A DNA stretch of 64,000 bases from an uncultured delta proteobacterium. GTDB lineage: Bacteria > Myxococcota_A > Polyangia > Polyangiales > B10-G4. The position numbers and the translations under genes are program-made. The notes below the pieces were generated by a model. The model was given only the letters and a program-made list of their open reading frames with translations, was not told where the DNA came from and did no database searches. Below are positions 1 to 14,233 of this stretch, piece by piece (the stretch's first letter is position 1; each line of letters begins with the position of its first letter). The stretch is taken from positions 64,001 to 128,000 of the forward strand of contig CAVSGI010000014.1 of the NCBI GenBank assembly GCA_963727445.1. Direction: 5' to 3'.

Positions 1-1
1 G

Positions 2-805
2 CGCGTCACGCAGTGCATCTCCTCTCAGGTCGGCTGCGCGATGGGCTGCGTCTTCTGCGCTTCGGGCATCGCCGGACTCAAGCGTCACCTCTCCGCCGCC
101 GAGATCGTCGCGCAGGTGCTCGCCGGGCGAAAGGCGCTCGACGAGGGCGAGGCGCTTCGCAACGTGGTCTTCATGGGCATGGGCGAGCCGCTCCACAACT
201 ACGACGCCGTCGCGCGCGCCCTGGTCCTCCTCAGCCACCCGGAAGGCATCGACCTCTCCACCCGTCGCGTCACCGTCTCCACCAGCGGGCTCGTGCCGCA
301 GATCGATCGCCTGGCCGCCGAGTTCGACGGGCAGGTTCAGCTCGCGATCTCGCTACACGCCACCGACGACGCGCGCCGCAGTGAGATCATGCCGATCAAC
401 AAGAAGCACCCGCTCCCCGAGCTGATCGCGTCGCTCCGACGCTACCCGTTGCCGCGGCGGCGGCGCATCACCATCGAGTACACGCTCATCCGCGGAGTGA
501 ACGACAGCGACGAAGAGGCGGAGGCTCTCGAACGACTGCTCCGCGGCGTCCCGATGAAGGTCAACCTCATCCCGATGAATCCCGTTCCCGACAGCCCCCT
601 CGAGGCGCCGGACGTCGCCGCCGTGGAGCGCTTCGGCAGTCGGCTCAGGTCGAAGGGCGTCGCCTGCTTCGTGCGAACCCAGCGCGGCGACGCCATCGCC
701 GCGGCATGCGGTCAGCTCGCGCTCTCGGGCGAGAAACGCAAGGTCAAGACCAAGCTCCCGACCGTGCGAGCCACTGCGCCAGAGCCGCACGACGGCGAGC
801 ATTGA
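2..805 (+). CDS. rlmN: 23S rRNA (adenine(2503)-C2)-methyltransferase RlmN, 5'-truncated by window edge
   Basis: SSQVGCAMGCVFC radical-SAM CxxxCxxC motif, VFMGMGEP, STSG, ISLH, NLIPMN, RGDAIAAACGQL. Confidence 0.95.
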   Translation, partial: RVTQCISSQVGCAMGCVFCASGIAGLKRHLSAAEIVAQVLAGRKALDEGEALRNVVFMGMGEPLHNYDAVARALVLLSHPEGIDLSTRRVTVSTSGLVPQIDRLAAEFDGQVQLAISLHATDDARRSEIMPINKKHPLPELIASLRRYPLPRRRRITIEYTLIRGVNDSDEEAEALERLLRGVPMKVNLIPMNPVPDSPLEAPDVAAVERFGSRLRSKGVACFVRTQRGDAIAAACGQLALSGEKRKVKTKLPTVRATAPEPHDGEH

Positions 806-874
806 ACTTTTTCGCGTCGCGGGCGTCCAACGCCGTCCAGTGCAGCGCCGAGACGTAGTAAGGTAGCCGTCCCG

Positions 875-2792
875 ATGCGCGGGCTACAGACGCTGATCAT
901 CCTCACGATCCTCGTCACCGCCGGGCCGGTGTACGCACAGGTGGGAGTGCGGGTCGCAGAGGTCCCGGACGGCGGCGTGCGCGTCGACGGATCGCTGCGC
1001 GACTGGCGACGGCAGCGCTTCGCGACCCTCGGCAGCGGGAGCGACGCGGCCATTCGCTATGCGCTGGGCGCGGACACCCGCGGGTTCTACCTCGCCGCCG
1101 AGGTGACCGACGAACGGATGGTGCGGACCGAGCGCCCCACGGATCGCGAAGACGCCATCGTCCTCACCTTCGCCATGCCGCGCGGCGAGGGATGGTCCGG
1201 CACCGACGTGTGGATCTACGCCGGCATCCCCGGTCGCCAGGCAGGCTCCGCCGGCGTGGCCTCGGTCGGCGGACGACCCCGCGCGGCCGGGGGCGTGCAG
1301 GTGGTGGAGGGGCCGCGCCGCGGCGGCAGTGGATACGTGGTCGAGGCCTTCATCCCTTTCCGCGCGATCACCGGCGGCGCGCGCTGGCAGGACGGGCGGA
1401 TGGCCATCCGACTGGTCGACGTGGATCGCGAAGCGCGGCCCGAAGTCGAGAGCGAGCTCGCCTCAGCGCACGTCGATCCCCGAAACCTCGGGCGCCTTCC
1501 CTCCATCCACGCCGAGGGAGGCGAATCGGGCATGCTGCGCGCGTTCCTGCACGATCGCGGGCTCGAAGGAACCGAGCCCCGCTTCGATCTTCGTGGTGAC
1601 GTTCAGGGCGACGCGCGTCCCGAGCGCGTCGTGGTGGTGGACACCTACGTGCTGGCCATGGGGCCGGGATTTCGCGACGGCGATGCCTACGACATCTTCC
1701 AGCTCCCCATCACCACCGCCGCTGACGTGCGCAGCGGCCGCCTGGCGGACATCACCGGCGACGGCAAGAAGGAGTTGATGCTCACCATTCGACAGCGCGG
1801 CGGCGGTGGGTCCCGCGACCTGTGGCAATCCTTCAGCTTCGACGGCGGCCAGATCCGGCCGCAGTTCGGGATCGAGGTGCGCAAGGAGACGCAGGAGGGC
1901 TTCATCGAGGCCGAGGTCGACATACGTCGCTCCCGGCGCGGACCGGCGCTGATCGTCGCGAGCGCGGGGCGCGCACAGGGACTCTCGTCAGAGAACTTTC
2001 GCGAAGCGAGAGCCACCGAAGTGGAAGCGATCCTCCTGCCGTGGGGCCCGGTGTCCGAGCGTGTCTATCAGTGGGACGGCACGCGCTTCGCCACCCTTCG
2101 CGAGACCGACAATCCACGGGCGCACCGTGAGCCCACCGCGCAGGAGCGCCGCTCGTCGTCCAACGCGTCGACGCAGCACCGGACGGAGCCCACCGGCCCG
2201 GTTGCTCCCACCGTCGAGCAGGTGCTTTCCGCTTTCAAGCGCCAGGCGGGTCTGCCAGCGAACGCACGCCCCGACACGCACATCGAGGCCAACCTCGCTC
2301 AGGGCTCGACCCCGGAGCACCTCTTCGTCTTCGGCACGCATCTGGTGGTGCTCGGCCCGCGCTTTCGCGGCGGCAACAACTTCTTTCACTTCCAGATCCC
2401 CGCGGCCAGCGGCGAAGACGTCGTGTCGGTGCGCACCGCCGACCTGACCTCCGATGGCCGAGAGGAGATCCTCATCCGGGTGCGCCGCCCCGCGGGGGAC
2501 GTCCAACGCCAGAATCCTCCTCGTCCAGCAGTTCCGCCCCCACGAGTTCGTGCGCATCGGGATGATCGAGGTGGGTCGAACCCAGGGCGCGAGCTCGATC
2601 GTCAACGAGGTGCGCATCCGAGGCCGCGGCCGAAACGCGCGCCTCGAGATCCGCCCCGGCCGCGCCCGCGGCTGGAACGCCTCGAGCTGGCCCTTCGCCG
2701 ACGGCACCGGCGATGGCGTGGACCCGCTCCTGTTGCCCTGGCGCGACCATGCCGTGACGTATCGCTACGCAGGTGGTCGCCTCGTCAGGTGA
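875..2792 (+). CDS. Secreted protein with N-terminal CBM9/DOMON-like domain and a duplicated FG-GAP-like module; apparent +1 frameshift at ~2513
   Basis: Signal peptide (..GPVYA-Q), VDGSLRDW..FYLAAEVTD..YVVEAFIP pattern, ADITGDGKKEL / ADLTSDGREEI repeats; removing one A in GAATC (2512-2516) joins the ORF from 875 to ORF 2454..2792. Confidence 0.7.
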
Positions 2793-2872
2793 ACCCCGCC
2801 CCCCGGAAGGCGACCAGGCTGTGCTCGAAAACGCTCGACCCCGCCCTCGCCCCGAGCTCTTTGCGCGTGGCC

Positions 2873-3703
2873 TCAGACCGCGACGCCGAAGTCGCGAAGG
2901 GCCGCGTTCAGCGAGACCTTCTTGTCGGTGCTCTCGCTTCGCCGGCCGATGATGAGCGCGGCGGGGATCCCGAACTCTCCCGCCGGGAACTTCTTCAGGC
3001 GGGTGCCGGGAATGACGACGGATCGCGGAGGCACGAAGCCTGTCGTCTCCACCGGCGTTTCGCCGGTCACGTCGATGATCTTGGTCGAGGCGGTGAGGAC
3101 GACGTTCGCGCCGAGAACGGCTTCGGCGCCGACCCGCACGCCCTCCACCACGATGGCGCGGCTGCCGACGAAGGCGCCATCCTCGATGATCACGGGCGTG
3201 GCGCCCGGCGGCTCGAGCACGCCGCCGATCCCCACGCCGCCCGACAGATGCACGTGCGCGCCGATCTGCGCACAGCTGCCGACGGTGGCCCAGGTGTCCA
3301 CCATGGTCCCCTCCCCCACCCAGGCGCCGATGTTCACGTAGCCGGGCATCAGCACGACGCCGCGTGACAGGAACGCGCCGTGACGCGCGACGCCGGGAGG
3401 AACGACGCGCACGCCCGCTTCGGCGAGGTCGTGCTTGAGGGGGATCTTGTCGTGGTACTCGAAGGGGCCGACCTCGATGGTCTCCATCTGGCGGACGCCG
3501 AAGTACAGCAGCACCGCGCGCTTGGTCCACGCGTGCACCGTCCATTCGCCGTCATCGCCCTGGGTGGCCACGCGCACCTCTCCGCGATCCAAGAGCCCCA
3601 CCGTCCTCACGACAGCCTCGCGGTGCGCCTCGTCGCTGAGGAGGCTCCGGTCCTCGAACGCCGCGTCCACCTTGCGGCGCAGATCCTCGTGCTGATCACT
3701 CAT
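2873..3703 (-). CDS. dapD: 2,3,4,5-tetrahydropyridine-2,6-dicarboxylate N-succinyltransferase
   Basis: YHDKIPLK, RVVPPG, VNIGAWVGEGTMVDTWATVGSCAQIG, HLSGGVGIGGVLEP; start 3703 or 3715. Confidence 0.95.
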   Translation of the reverse strand: MSDQHEDLRRKVDAAFEDRSLLSDEAHREAVVRTVGLLDRGEVRVATQGDDGEWTVHAWTKRAVLLYFGVRQMETIEVGPFEYHDKIPLKHDLAEAGVRVVPPGVARHGAFLSRGVVLMPGYVNIGAWVGEGTMVDTWATVGSCAQIGAHVHLSGGVGIGGVLEPPGATPVIIEDGAFVGSRAIVVEGVRVGAEAVLGANVVLTASTKIIDVTGETPVETTGFVPPRSVVIPGTRLKKFPAGEFGIPAALIIGRRSESTDKKVSLNAALRDFGVAV

Positions 3704-3756
3704 GGCGGCGTCCATAGCACGACGCTGCGCCCGGTCCTACCCCGGCTCTCGCCTCT

Positions 3757-5806
3757 TCACGGACGAGCGACGAGCGTGGCTGCTTGGTGGGTCAGCAGCT
3801 CGGAGGCGAGCTCCACCACGAAGTCGTGCAGCGCCTCGGGATGATCCGGTGCGACCCGACATCCGACGATCCCCCGGCGCTCGTCGCACAGGACGAAGGG
3901 TTGCGCGTCCGACAGAGCGGTGATGGCGGCGGCGTCCTCGGGGCTCGCGGGTTCGATGGTGAGGTCGGGGGCGGGAAAGACCCGGCCGGTCGAAACAGCC
4001 AGCGGGTCGAATCAGATAGCGCTGCACCCGCGCCCAGTCGACGTGCGCGCCCGGTCCCGCGATGCGCGAGAGTGTGAAGCGCTCGCCGTCGTAGGTCCCT
4101 TCGAAACGCCCCCAGACCGGAGGCCGGCCGACGTCGCCACCGAGGGGCACCAGGATGAACGAGAGGACCACGGGGCCGGGTGCGATCGAGGCCGAGATGG
4201 ACGAGGCGAGGGATTCGAGTCGCGGATCACCTGGGATGTTGGCGGCCCCGATCAGGACGTCTCGACCGACGTCGAGGGCGAAGCGCGGCGCATCGTCGAC
4301 AGAGAAGCGCGCGATACCCCATGGCGGACGCTGCCCCTCGAGCGCGACCCAGAACGCGCCGCCCATGTCCGCGACCTCGGCCAGCGCCCCGATGGCTTCG
4401 ATGGTGGCTCCGAGATCGACGCGGATGGACGGCACCGGATGCGCGGGCGCCCGATAGCAGCGCGCGATGAGCGCGCGCCCCGCGATCCAGGCCGCCTCGG
4501 CGAAGGGATAGTCCACGCCCTCCACCACCGCCCGGGCCAACCCCTCGGCGGCATCACGGGCCTGTCGCCGCGGCACGACGCCGTCTTGCACCAGCGCCTG
4601 AGCGAGTCGCTCCACGTCGCTGCGCGCGAGCGCTTCGCGATGCAACATGCGGAAGCTGTCGGTGTCTCCCACGCCGTCGGCGATCGCACGGGCCGCGACC
4701 TCCTCGGCGCGCTCGATGTCGCCGATGTCGCGGGCGAGAAGCTCGAAGAGGTGAGCGCGGAACTCGGCCACCCCCGGATGTGCGTCGATGGCGCGGACCA
4801 GGAGGCGCTCGAGCTGCTCGCGCGCCCGCACGCCGGTCGGTCCCGGCATGTCTACCTGGGCTTGCCAGAGCTGGCGCTGCTCGCGGACCAGGGGGAGGTT
4901 CTCGATCTCAATCGAATCGGCGGGCTGTGGCCCACGAGCGCGCGCGTCTTCGGCCGCCGCGACGTCGATTCGTCGCTCGTCTTCGACAGCGAGCATCAGG
5001 TCTTCCCAGAGCACCCGCGTCGATTGAAAGAGGCGGCGTCCGTCGGTGTGCTCATCGCGAGACTCGGCGAGGACGGAGAGGGGAATGACGCCGAACGCCG
5101 GGCCGAGCTCGCCGACGCGCACGTCGTAGAGGTCCATCGGGGCGCGCATGGTGGAGATGTGCACCATCGAGACACGACGCTCGTCGGAGGAGGCCCGATA
5201 GTCGACGCGCTGAGGGGTGATCCCGCTGAGCTGCCGTGGCAGCCCCTCCTCCCCCCGCCATGCGGCGACCTCGAAGGCCGCCGGGAATCGCGAGGCGAGG
5301 GAAAGGCAGCGCGCCTCGGCGCCCACCCTTCGCGATTCCGGGAAGTCACCGCCGATGGCGACGGTGTGGTCGTCGAGGAAGCGCGCGCGATAACGTGCCG
5401 CACGTGGAAGGTCGCTCGGCTCGTCGCCCCAGCCGAGCCGCATGCCGCTCCGCGTGTCGAGGAAGCGCCGTACGGTCTGCCGATCCGCCGACGTGCGGAT
5501 GAGGGTGTAGGGATGCACGCGACCGAGCCGGTCGGTGGCGTAGGCGCTCGCGACCGCGACGAAGGGCGCGCCCCAGAGGAACGCAAAGGGCTCGCCTTTG
5601 CTGATCGGCAGATAGGTGCTGCGCTGCCGGTCGCTCAGCGCGCCCGGGCGCGCGACGGCGCAGCGGTACGCTCCGCGCGGCAGGCGCGCTGCGAGCTCGA
5701 GCGCCGCGTCGACCCGCGCTTCTTCCGGCAGCGCCCCACCCGCCCGCGCCCCGCTGCCGCCGCAAGCGGCAGCGAGGAGGACGACGGCGGCGAGCCGAGA
5801 GCGCAC
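3757..5806 (-). CDS. Hypothetical lipoprotein with helical central region; apparent frameshift at ~4011
   Basis: Lipobox LAAAC-GG; removing one base at 4009-4013 gives ..RYLIDPLAVSTGRVFPAPD..LVARP-stop at 3757. Confidence 0.65.
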
Positions 5807-5942
5807 CCATACATCCTAGCGCCCCCGGGGCTCATGAAAAGGCGCGGCCTCGCGTAGCGGAGGTCTCGCAGAGCGGCGCATGGCGCCGCGCCGCGTGACC
5901 GGAGCGAAGCGTGGCCGGGCCGGGATTGTGTTCCCGGGCGGC

Positions 5943-6365
5943 TCAGTTCCCGATTTCGTAGCCCGGAAAGAAGTAGTTCACTTCGATGCGGGCGTTTTCG
6001 AGGGAGTCCGAGCCGTGGGTGGCGTTCTCGCCGATGTTGGTGCCGAACTTCTTGCGGATGGTGCCCTCGGCGGCCTCGGCGGGGTTGGTGGCGCCCATGA
6101 GGTCGCGCCACTTCTTCACCGCGCCCTCGGCCTCGAGCGCCATCACCACCACCGGCCCGCGGGTCATGAAGTCGATGAGCTCGCCGAAGAACGGGCGCTC
6201 CTTGTGCACCGCATAGAAGCCCTCGGCCTGGGGCCGGCTCAGGCGCACCATCTTCATCGCCTTGATGGCGAGCCCGCCCTCCTCGACCATCGCGAGGATT
6301 CCGCCGATCTTGTTCTGCTCGACCGCATCGGGCTTGATGATTCCAAGCGTCCGCTCGACTGCCAT
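5943..6365 (-). CDS. ndk: Nucleoside diphosphate kinase
   Basis: [39 protein letters not shown]. Confidence 0.97.
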   Translation of the reverse strand: MAVERTLGIIKPDAVEQNKIGGILAMVEEGGLAIKAMKMVRLSRPQAEGFYAVHKERPFFGELIDFMTRGPVVVMALEAEGAVKKWRDLMGATNPAEAAEGTIRKKFGTNIGENATHGSDSLENARIEVNYFFPGYEIGN

Positions 6366-6424
6366 TTTCTCGTTCTCCGTTTCTTTCAATACAAGCGTTG
6401 TGGGGACGTGGTCCCCGATGGTCT

Positions 6425-7297
6425 CTAGAGCATGCTCTTGAGGGTCTCGGCCATGTGGGACGGCGTCGGGGCGACCTTGACCCCGGCTTCCTCGAGCGCT
6501 GCGATCTTGGCGGCAGCGGTTCCCTTGCCGCCGCTGATGATGGCGCCCGCGTGTCCCATCCGCTTTCCGGGCGGGGCCGTGGTGCCGGCGATGAAGCCCG
6601 CGACGGGCTTGTCGAAGTGTTTCTTGATGTACTCGGCGGCCTGCTCTTCTGCGTTGCCGCCGATCTCGCCGATCATGATGACGCCGTCGGTGTCGGGGTC
6701 GTCCTTGTAGAGCTCGAGCACGTCGATGAAGTCGGTGCCGTTGACCGGGTCCCCGCCGATGCCGACGCAGGTGCTCTGACCGATGTCGAGGGCGGTGAGC
6801 TGTCCGACCGCCTCGTAGGTCAGCGTCCCGCTGCGGCTCACGACGCCGATGCGGCCGGGCTTGTGGATGTGGCCGGGCATGATGCCGATCTTGCACTCGC
6901 CCGGAGTGATGACGCCGGGACAGTTCGGGCCGATGAGGCGCGAGCGATCCTGGGAGTCGAGGACGCGACGCACCTTGATCATGTCGGCGACGGGGATGCC
7001 CTCGGTGATGGCGATGACGAGGGCGATGCCCGCGTCGACGGCCTCGAGGATGGCGTCGGCCGCGAAGGGGGGCGGAACGAAGATCGCCGTCGCGTTGGCG
7101 CCGGTCTTCTCGACGGCTTCGGCGACGGTGTCGAAGACGGGGACCTTGTCCTCGAACTTCTGGCCGCCCTTGCCCGGGACCGCGCCGGCGACGACGTTGG
7201 TCCCGTACGCCAGCATCTGCTGCGAGTGGAACGCGCCGGCCGAGCCGGTGATGCCCTGAACGACGAGGCGCGTGTCCTTGTTGACCATGATGGACAT
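6425..7297 (-). CDS. sucD: Succinyl-CoA ligase alpha subunit
   Basis: [35 protein letters not shown]. Confidence 0.98.
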   Translation of the reverse strand: MSIMVNKDTRLVVQGITGSAGAFHSQQMLAYGTNVVAGAVPGKGGQKFEDKVPVFDTVAEAVEKTGANATAIFVPPPFAADAILEAVDAGIALVIAITEGIPVADMIKVRRVLDSQDRSRLIGPNCPGVITPGECKIGIMPGHIHKPGRIGVVSRSGTLTYEAVGQLTALDIGQSTCVGIGGDPVNGTDFIDVLELYKDDPDTDGVIMIGEIGGNAEEQAAEYIKKHFDKPVAGFIAGTTAPPGKRMGHAGAIISGGKGTAAAKIAALEEAGVKVAPTPSHMAETLKSML

Positions 7298-7298
7298 G

Positions 7299-8480
<1,182 letters not shown>

Positions 8481-8490
8481 CGCATGCCCC

Positions 8491-10737
<2,247 letters not shown>

Positions 10738-10894
10738 CGCTTTTCAACACTCCTGGGGGGCCACAATCGGGGGTGGGCCTTCTATCACAGAATCGCCTTC
10801 GGGGGATTGGGGGTCACTCACGGCGCCCGGGGAGACCGCCACGCAACCCTTGCTCTGCTCCGCTCAGAGCCCGCTTGGCGCACTTCGGGAGCCA

Positions 10895-10919
10895 AAGTAG
10901 CGCAACGATTGCTCTACTT
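10895..10919. promoter_or_regulatory. Imperfect palindrome between icd and the flp genes, candidate regulator binding site
   Basis: AAGTAG-C-GCAA-CGA-TTGC-T-CTACTT. Confidence 0.35.
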
Positions 10920-10998
10920 GGGGCCCGTAGGCCCCGCAGTGGGCGGATACGCACACCGGAGCACCGCGGAATACCTCGCGAATTTCCGATTAAGACGA

Positions 10999-11014
10999 TG
11001 GCCCACTGCTTGTA
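10999..11014 (+). promoter_or_regulatory. Possible sigma54-like promoter of the Tad locus (non-consensus -12)
   Basis: TGGCCCACTGCTTGTA = GG-N10-GT, ~40 bp upstream of the first flp ATG. Confidence 0.3.
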
Positions 11015-11051
11015 TATGCACCAGAGCGAGTTGCATACTCAGCGACGAGAA

Positions 11052-11243
11052 ATGGGCGAGCAACAGGACGAGAACGAAGTGCAGGAGCTCCTCGAGGACG
11101 AGAGCGGGGTGGCGTACGTCGAGTACGTCATCCTCCTCTCTTTGGTCACCGTTCTGGGGTCGGTGGCTGTCTTCTCGGTGGGCCTGCCCTTCTTCACGAC
11201 CTACCGGTTCACTCAACTTCTGGTCGCGTTGCCGTTTCCATGA
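11052..11243 (+). CDS. Flp-like pilin (63 aa, atypical hydrophobic C-terminus)
   Basis: LLEDESG|VAYVEY followed by a hydrophobic helix. Confidence 0.75.
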   Translation: MGEQQDENEVQELLEDESGVAYVEYVILLSLVTVLGSVAVFSVGLPFFTTYRFTQLLVALPFP

Positions 11244-11266
11244 GTACAGCAGGGAGAAGCAGAACA

Positions 11267-11476
11267 ATGGCGAAGAAGCTGGATATCAAGAAGCGTCGTA
11301 CGACCGAGTTGCTCGAGGATACCGAGGGTCTGACGACCGTCGAGTACATCATCATCCTCTGCCTCATCGCCGTCGTAGGCTTTGCGGTTTGGAAGAAGTT
11401 CGGCGAGACCGTGAAGACGAAGGTCAATGGTGCCAACACCACCATGGGCACGCTTCCCTCGAGCCCCACGCCGTAA
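11267..11476 (+). CDS. flp: Flp family pilin, probable major pilin
   Basis: LLEDTEG|LTTVEYIIILCLIAVV Flp motif; AGGGAG RBS upstream. Confidence 0.9.
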   Translation: MAKKLDIKKRRTTELLEDTEGLTTVEYIIILCLIAVVGFAVWKKFGETVKTKVNGANTTMGTLPSSPTP

Positions 11477-11616
11477 TACCCCACGACGCCCAAAGGGGTG
11501 TGTTCGAGCGTTCTCGGTCGGCAGATCGGCGTCGCACGTCCGTGCGACCAGGTTGAGCTGCCGACCGAGGGCGGTCCACAGGTGAGGTGTCTTCAACGAC
11601 GGGGAAGTGACTCGGG

Positions 11617-12174
11617 ATGTTGATGTATTTGTTGATCCTCCATGCCTGCGCCATCGCCGTGACGGCGGTTGCCGCGGTCTGGGATTTGCGAACCGGACGC
11701 ATTCCGAACTGGCTCACCTTGCCGCCACTGGTGATCGCGCCCGTGGCGTACTTCTTCCTGTTCGATCTGGAGGCCGCCCTCTACTCCATCCTCGGCGCCC
11801 TCATCTGCGGCCTGGTGCCCTACTTCCTCTTCCGCCTGAAGACGGGCTCCGGCAGTCGCAAGGCCATGCATGGCGGGGACGTGAAGCTCTTCGCCGCCCT
11901 CGGCGCGATGCTCGGCATCTACTCGGGGATCGAGGCGCAGTTCTACACCGTCTTCGTCGCCGCCCTCTACGTGATGGCGCGCATGGCGTGGCACGGGAAG
12001 CTGCTGCGCGTCCTGGGCAACTCGCTGGCGCTCGTCGTCAACCCGCTGCTTCCCAAGAAGCGGCGCCGCGAGATCAACCCGGACCTCCTGCACACCATCC
12101 GTCTGGGCGGCGCGATCTTCGTGGGTACCGCGATCGCCGTCGCTCTGCGTCACCCCTACCTCCTCCCCATCTGA
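11617..12174 (+). CDS. cpaA: Prepilin peptidase (A24, CpaA/TadV)
   Basis: WDLRTGRIPNWLT and GGDVKLFAALG catalytic Asp motifs; multi-TM. Confidence 0.92.
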   Translation: MLMYLLILHACAIAVTAVAAVWDLRTGRIPNWLTLPPLVIAPVAYFFLFDLEAALYSILGALICGLVPYFLFRLKTGSGSRKAMHGGDVKLFAALGAMLGIYSGIEAQFYTVFVAALYVMARMAWHGKLLRVLGNSLALVVNPLLPKKRRREINPDLLHTIRLGGAIFVGTAIAVALRHPYLLPI

Positions 12175-13097
12175 TGAAGCAAACCCGAAACGCACCTGAG
12201 GACACGACTCTCGTCGGAGACACGCGTGGCGCGGTCTACGTCGAGTTCCTTCTCGCGTTCCTGCCGGTCTTCACGATGTTCCTGGGGATGCTCCAGGCGG
12301 GCCTCATGTATGGGGCGAACCTGGTCGTCACCCACTCGGCGAGCCGGGCCGCGCGCGCGGCCGCCGTCGTCCTCGACGCACCGGAGTCGGACTTCGACGG
12401 GGACGAGCGGATGCTCGTCGACTATGGGGCGTCCTCCGGGGGCACCGACGCCATCTGCATGCTGCTGAACGTGCTGAGCGTCCCCTGCAGCTTCACCGGC
12501 GGCGAGGGCAACGCACGGCTCAACGCGATCCGCGCGGCCGCCTCCTTCCCGCTCCTGCCGATCGCGCCGAGCCTCGACCAGCAGCTCCAGGACCGCCAGG
12601 TGCTGCGCGCCGTCGGCGGTGACCCGATGATGAGCCGCACCGTCAACGGCATCCTCTACAACCGCGGCGCCGTCTCGGTGAGCTTCCCCGATCATTCGGA
12701 GCGGCGCTTCACCGTCGGCCAGAACGAAAACCTCAAGGTCCGGGTCACCTACCTGTTCCACTGCGGGATCCCGATCGCCGCGCGGTACATGTGCGACGAC
12801 CCGAAGACGCTGCCGGCGCTCGGCGGCTTCCTGTCCTATCCCACGCTTCAGGACCGCGAGCTCTTCAACCTCTTTCGGCGCAGCGGCGTGACCGCCGACG
12901 AGATCCAAGCCCACCGCGAACGCGTCCGCATCACCGAAGCCCGCCTCGATCAAGCGCGCCGAGCTTCGCCCGACCTCCTCAAGGTCCAGTCGCCGGGCAC
13001 CCTCGCCGGCCTCGCCTTCGGCGGCGGCCGCTACACCATCCTGCAGGCGCAGAGCGCCATGCGGGTCCACACCGCCAACTACGAGTACTCGGACTGA
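12174..13097 (+). CDS. TadE-like pseudopilin (307 aa)
   Basis: DTRG|AVYVEFLLAFLP, hydrophobic helix, SASRAARAAAV; TGATG overlap with cpaA. Confidence 0.85.
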   Translation: MKQTRNAPEDTTLVGDTRGAVYVEFLLAFLPVFTMFLGMLQAGLMYGANLVVTHSASRAARAAAVVLDAPESDFDGDERMLVDYGASSGGTDAICMLLNVLSVPCSFTGGEGNARLNAIRAAASFPLLPIAPSLDQQLQDRQVLRAVGGDPMMSRTVNGILYNRGAVSVSFPDHSERRFTVGQNENLKVRVTYLFHCGIPIAARYMCDDPKTLPALGGFLSYPTLQDRELFNLFRRSGVTADEIQAHRERVRITEARLDQARRASPDLLKVQSPGTLAGLAFGGGRYTILQAQSAMRVHTANYEYSD

Positions 13098-14233
13098 TGA
13101 TCAACGCGATGAAGGAGCTCTTCCTGTCGACCGGGCATCCGCCTGAAGAAGACTCGAGCCATCGGCCCGGTCTCCTCGACGACGACGGCGGCGCCATGAT
13201 GGTGATGGGCATCTTCATGGCGGTGATCCTGGTCGGCGCCATCTACTACGTGCTCGGGATCGGCCAGTCGATCATCTACCACGAGCGCATGCAGGATGCG
13301 GCGGACGCTGGCGCATTCGGCGCAGCCGTCATCCACGCCCGCGGGATGAACATCCTCGCCTTCCTGAACATCGTCAGCGCCGCGGTGATGGCGGTCCTCG
13401 TCTGTCTCAAGGTGCTCGAATACCTGCTCCTCGCCGCCTTCACCATCGCGACGGCGATCTGTGCCGCCTGCAGCTGCCCGGGTTGTTGCGGGTGCTGTCT
13501 GATCTGCCCGGTCGCCGTGGTCCTGGGCTACGGCTACGACTACGTGTCCGACGTTCGAGAGGCCGCGGAGCCACCGATCGAGACCATCCTCGACGTGAAC
13601 AAGGAGATCATGGGCGTGGTCACCATAGGCATGCCCTACGTCGCGCAGGCGAAGGTGATGGACTATGGGTCGAACACCTTCAACAAGCCCACGCGCATGG
13701 CGGGGATGACCCCGCTCTTCGGCGAGCTGGCGGCGGAGCCGGATGACTCGAATCTCTTCTGCAAGAAGGCCAGCAACGTCGGTGGCCGGATGGCCGCCAC
13801 GCTGGTCGGCCTCTGGCCCATCCGGCAGTTCGTCGGGACGGCCACCGAGTCGCTGGCGCCGCTCTTCTGCGACGACGATGAATACGCCCATCGCGTGCTC
13901 GACGATGCGGACATGGGCGACGAGAACTTCCAGTTACGCGTCTACGTCCAGGGCGACCCACCATTTTCGCTCTACGAAAAGGGTGTGGGTGTCGCCGCCT
14001 GGGGTAGGACCGACGACGCGACCAACTACGAAGCCATGCAGGAGCTGACGAAGTACTCCTACGCCCAGGCCGAGTACTACATGGACACGGAGACCAACCG
14101 TGAGGAGTGGCTCTGGCGCCTGGACTGGCGCGCTCGGCTCAGACGGTGGGAGCTGGGTGGTGATGTGGGTGAGCTGGGCAGCGTCCTCGGAAGCGTCGTC
14201 CCGCTGGGTGATCTGAACTTCTCGGTGCACTGA
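13097..14233 (+). CDS. TadG-like pilus assembly protein (Tad domain, no vWA seen)
   Basis: DDGG|AMMVMGIF, MQDAADAGAFGAA motif; TGATG coupling. Confidence 0.8.
   Translation: MINAMKELFLSTGHPPEEDSSHRPGLLDDDGGAMMVMGIFMAVILVGAIYYVLGIGQSIIYHERMQDAADAGAFGAAVIHARGMNILAFLNIVSAAVMAVLVCLKVLEYLLLAAFTIATAICAACSCPGCCGCCLICPVAVVLGYGYDYVSDVREAAEPPIETILDVNKEIMGVVTIGMPYVAQAKVMDYGSNTFNKPTRMAGMTPLFGELAAEPDDSNLFCKKASNVGGRMAATLVGLWPIRQFVGTATESLAPLFCDDDEYAHRVLDDADMGDENFQLRVYVQGDPPFSLYEKGVGVAAWGRTDDATNYEAMQELTKYSYAQAEYYMDTETNREEWLWRLDWRARLRRWELGGDVGELGSVLGSVVPLGDLNFSVH

Noticed and set aside
5837..5892. Terminator after ndk (GGCGCGGC/GCCGCGCC plus T4 on minus strand)
   Set aside because: 36-nt loop and short T-tract; such GC stems arise by chance here
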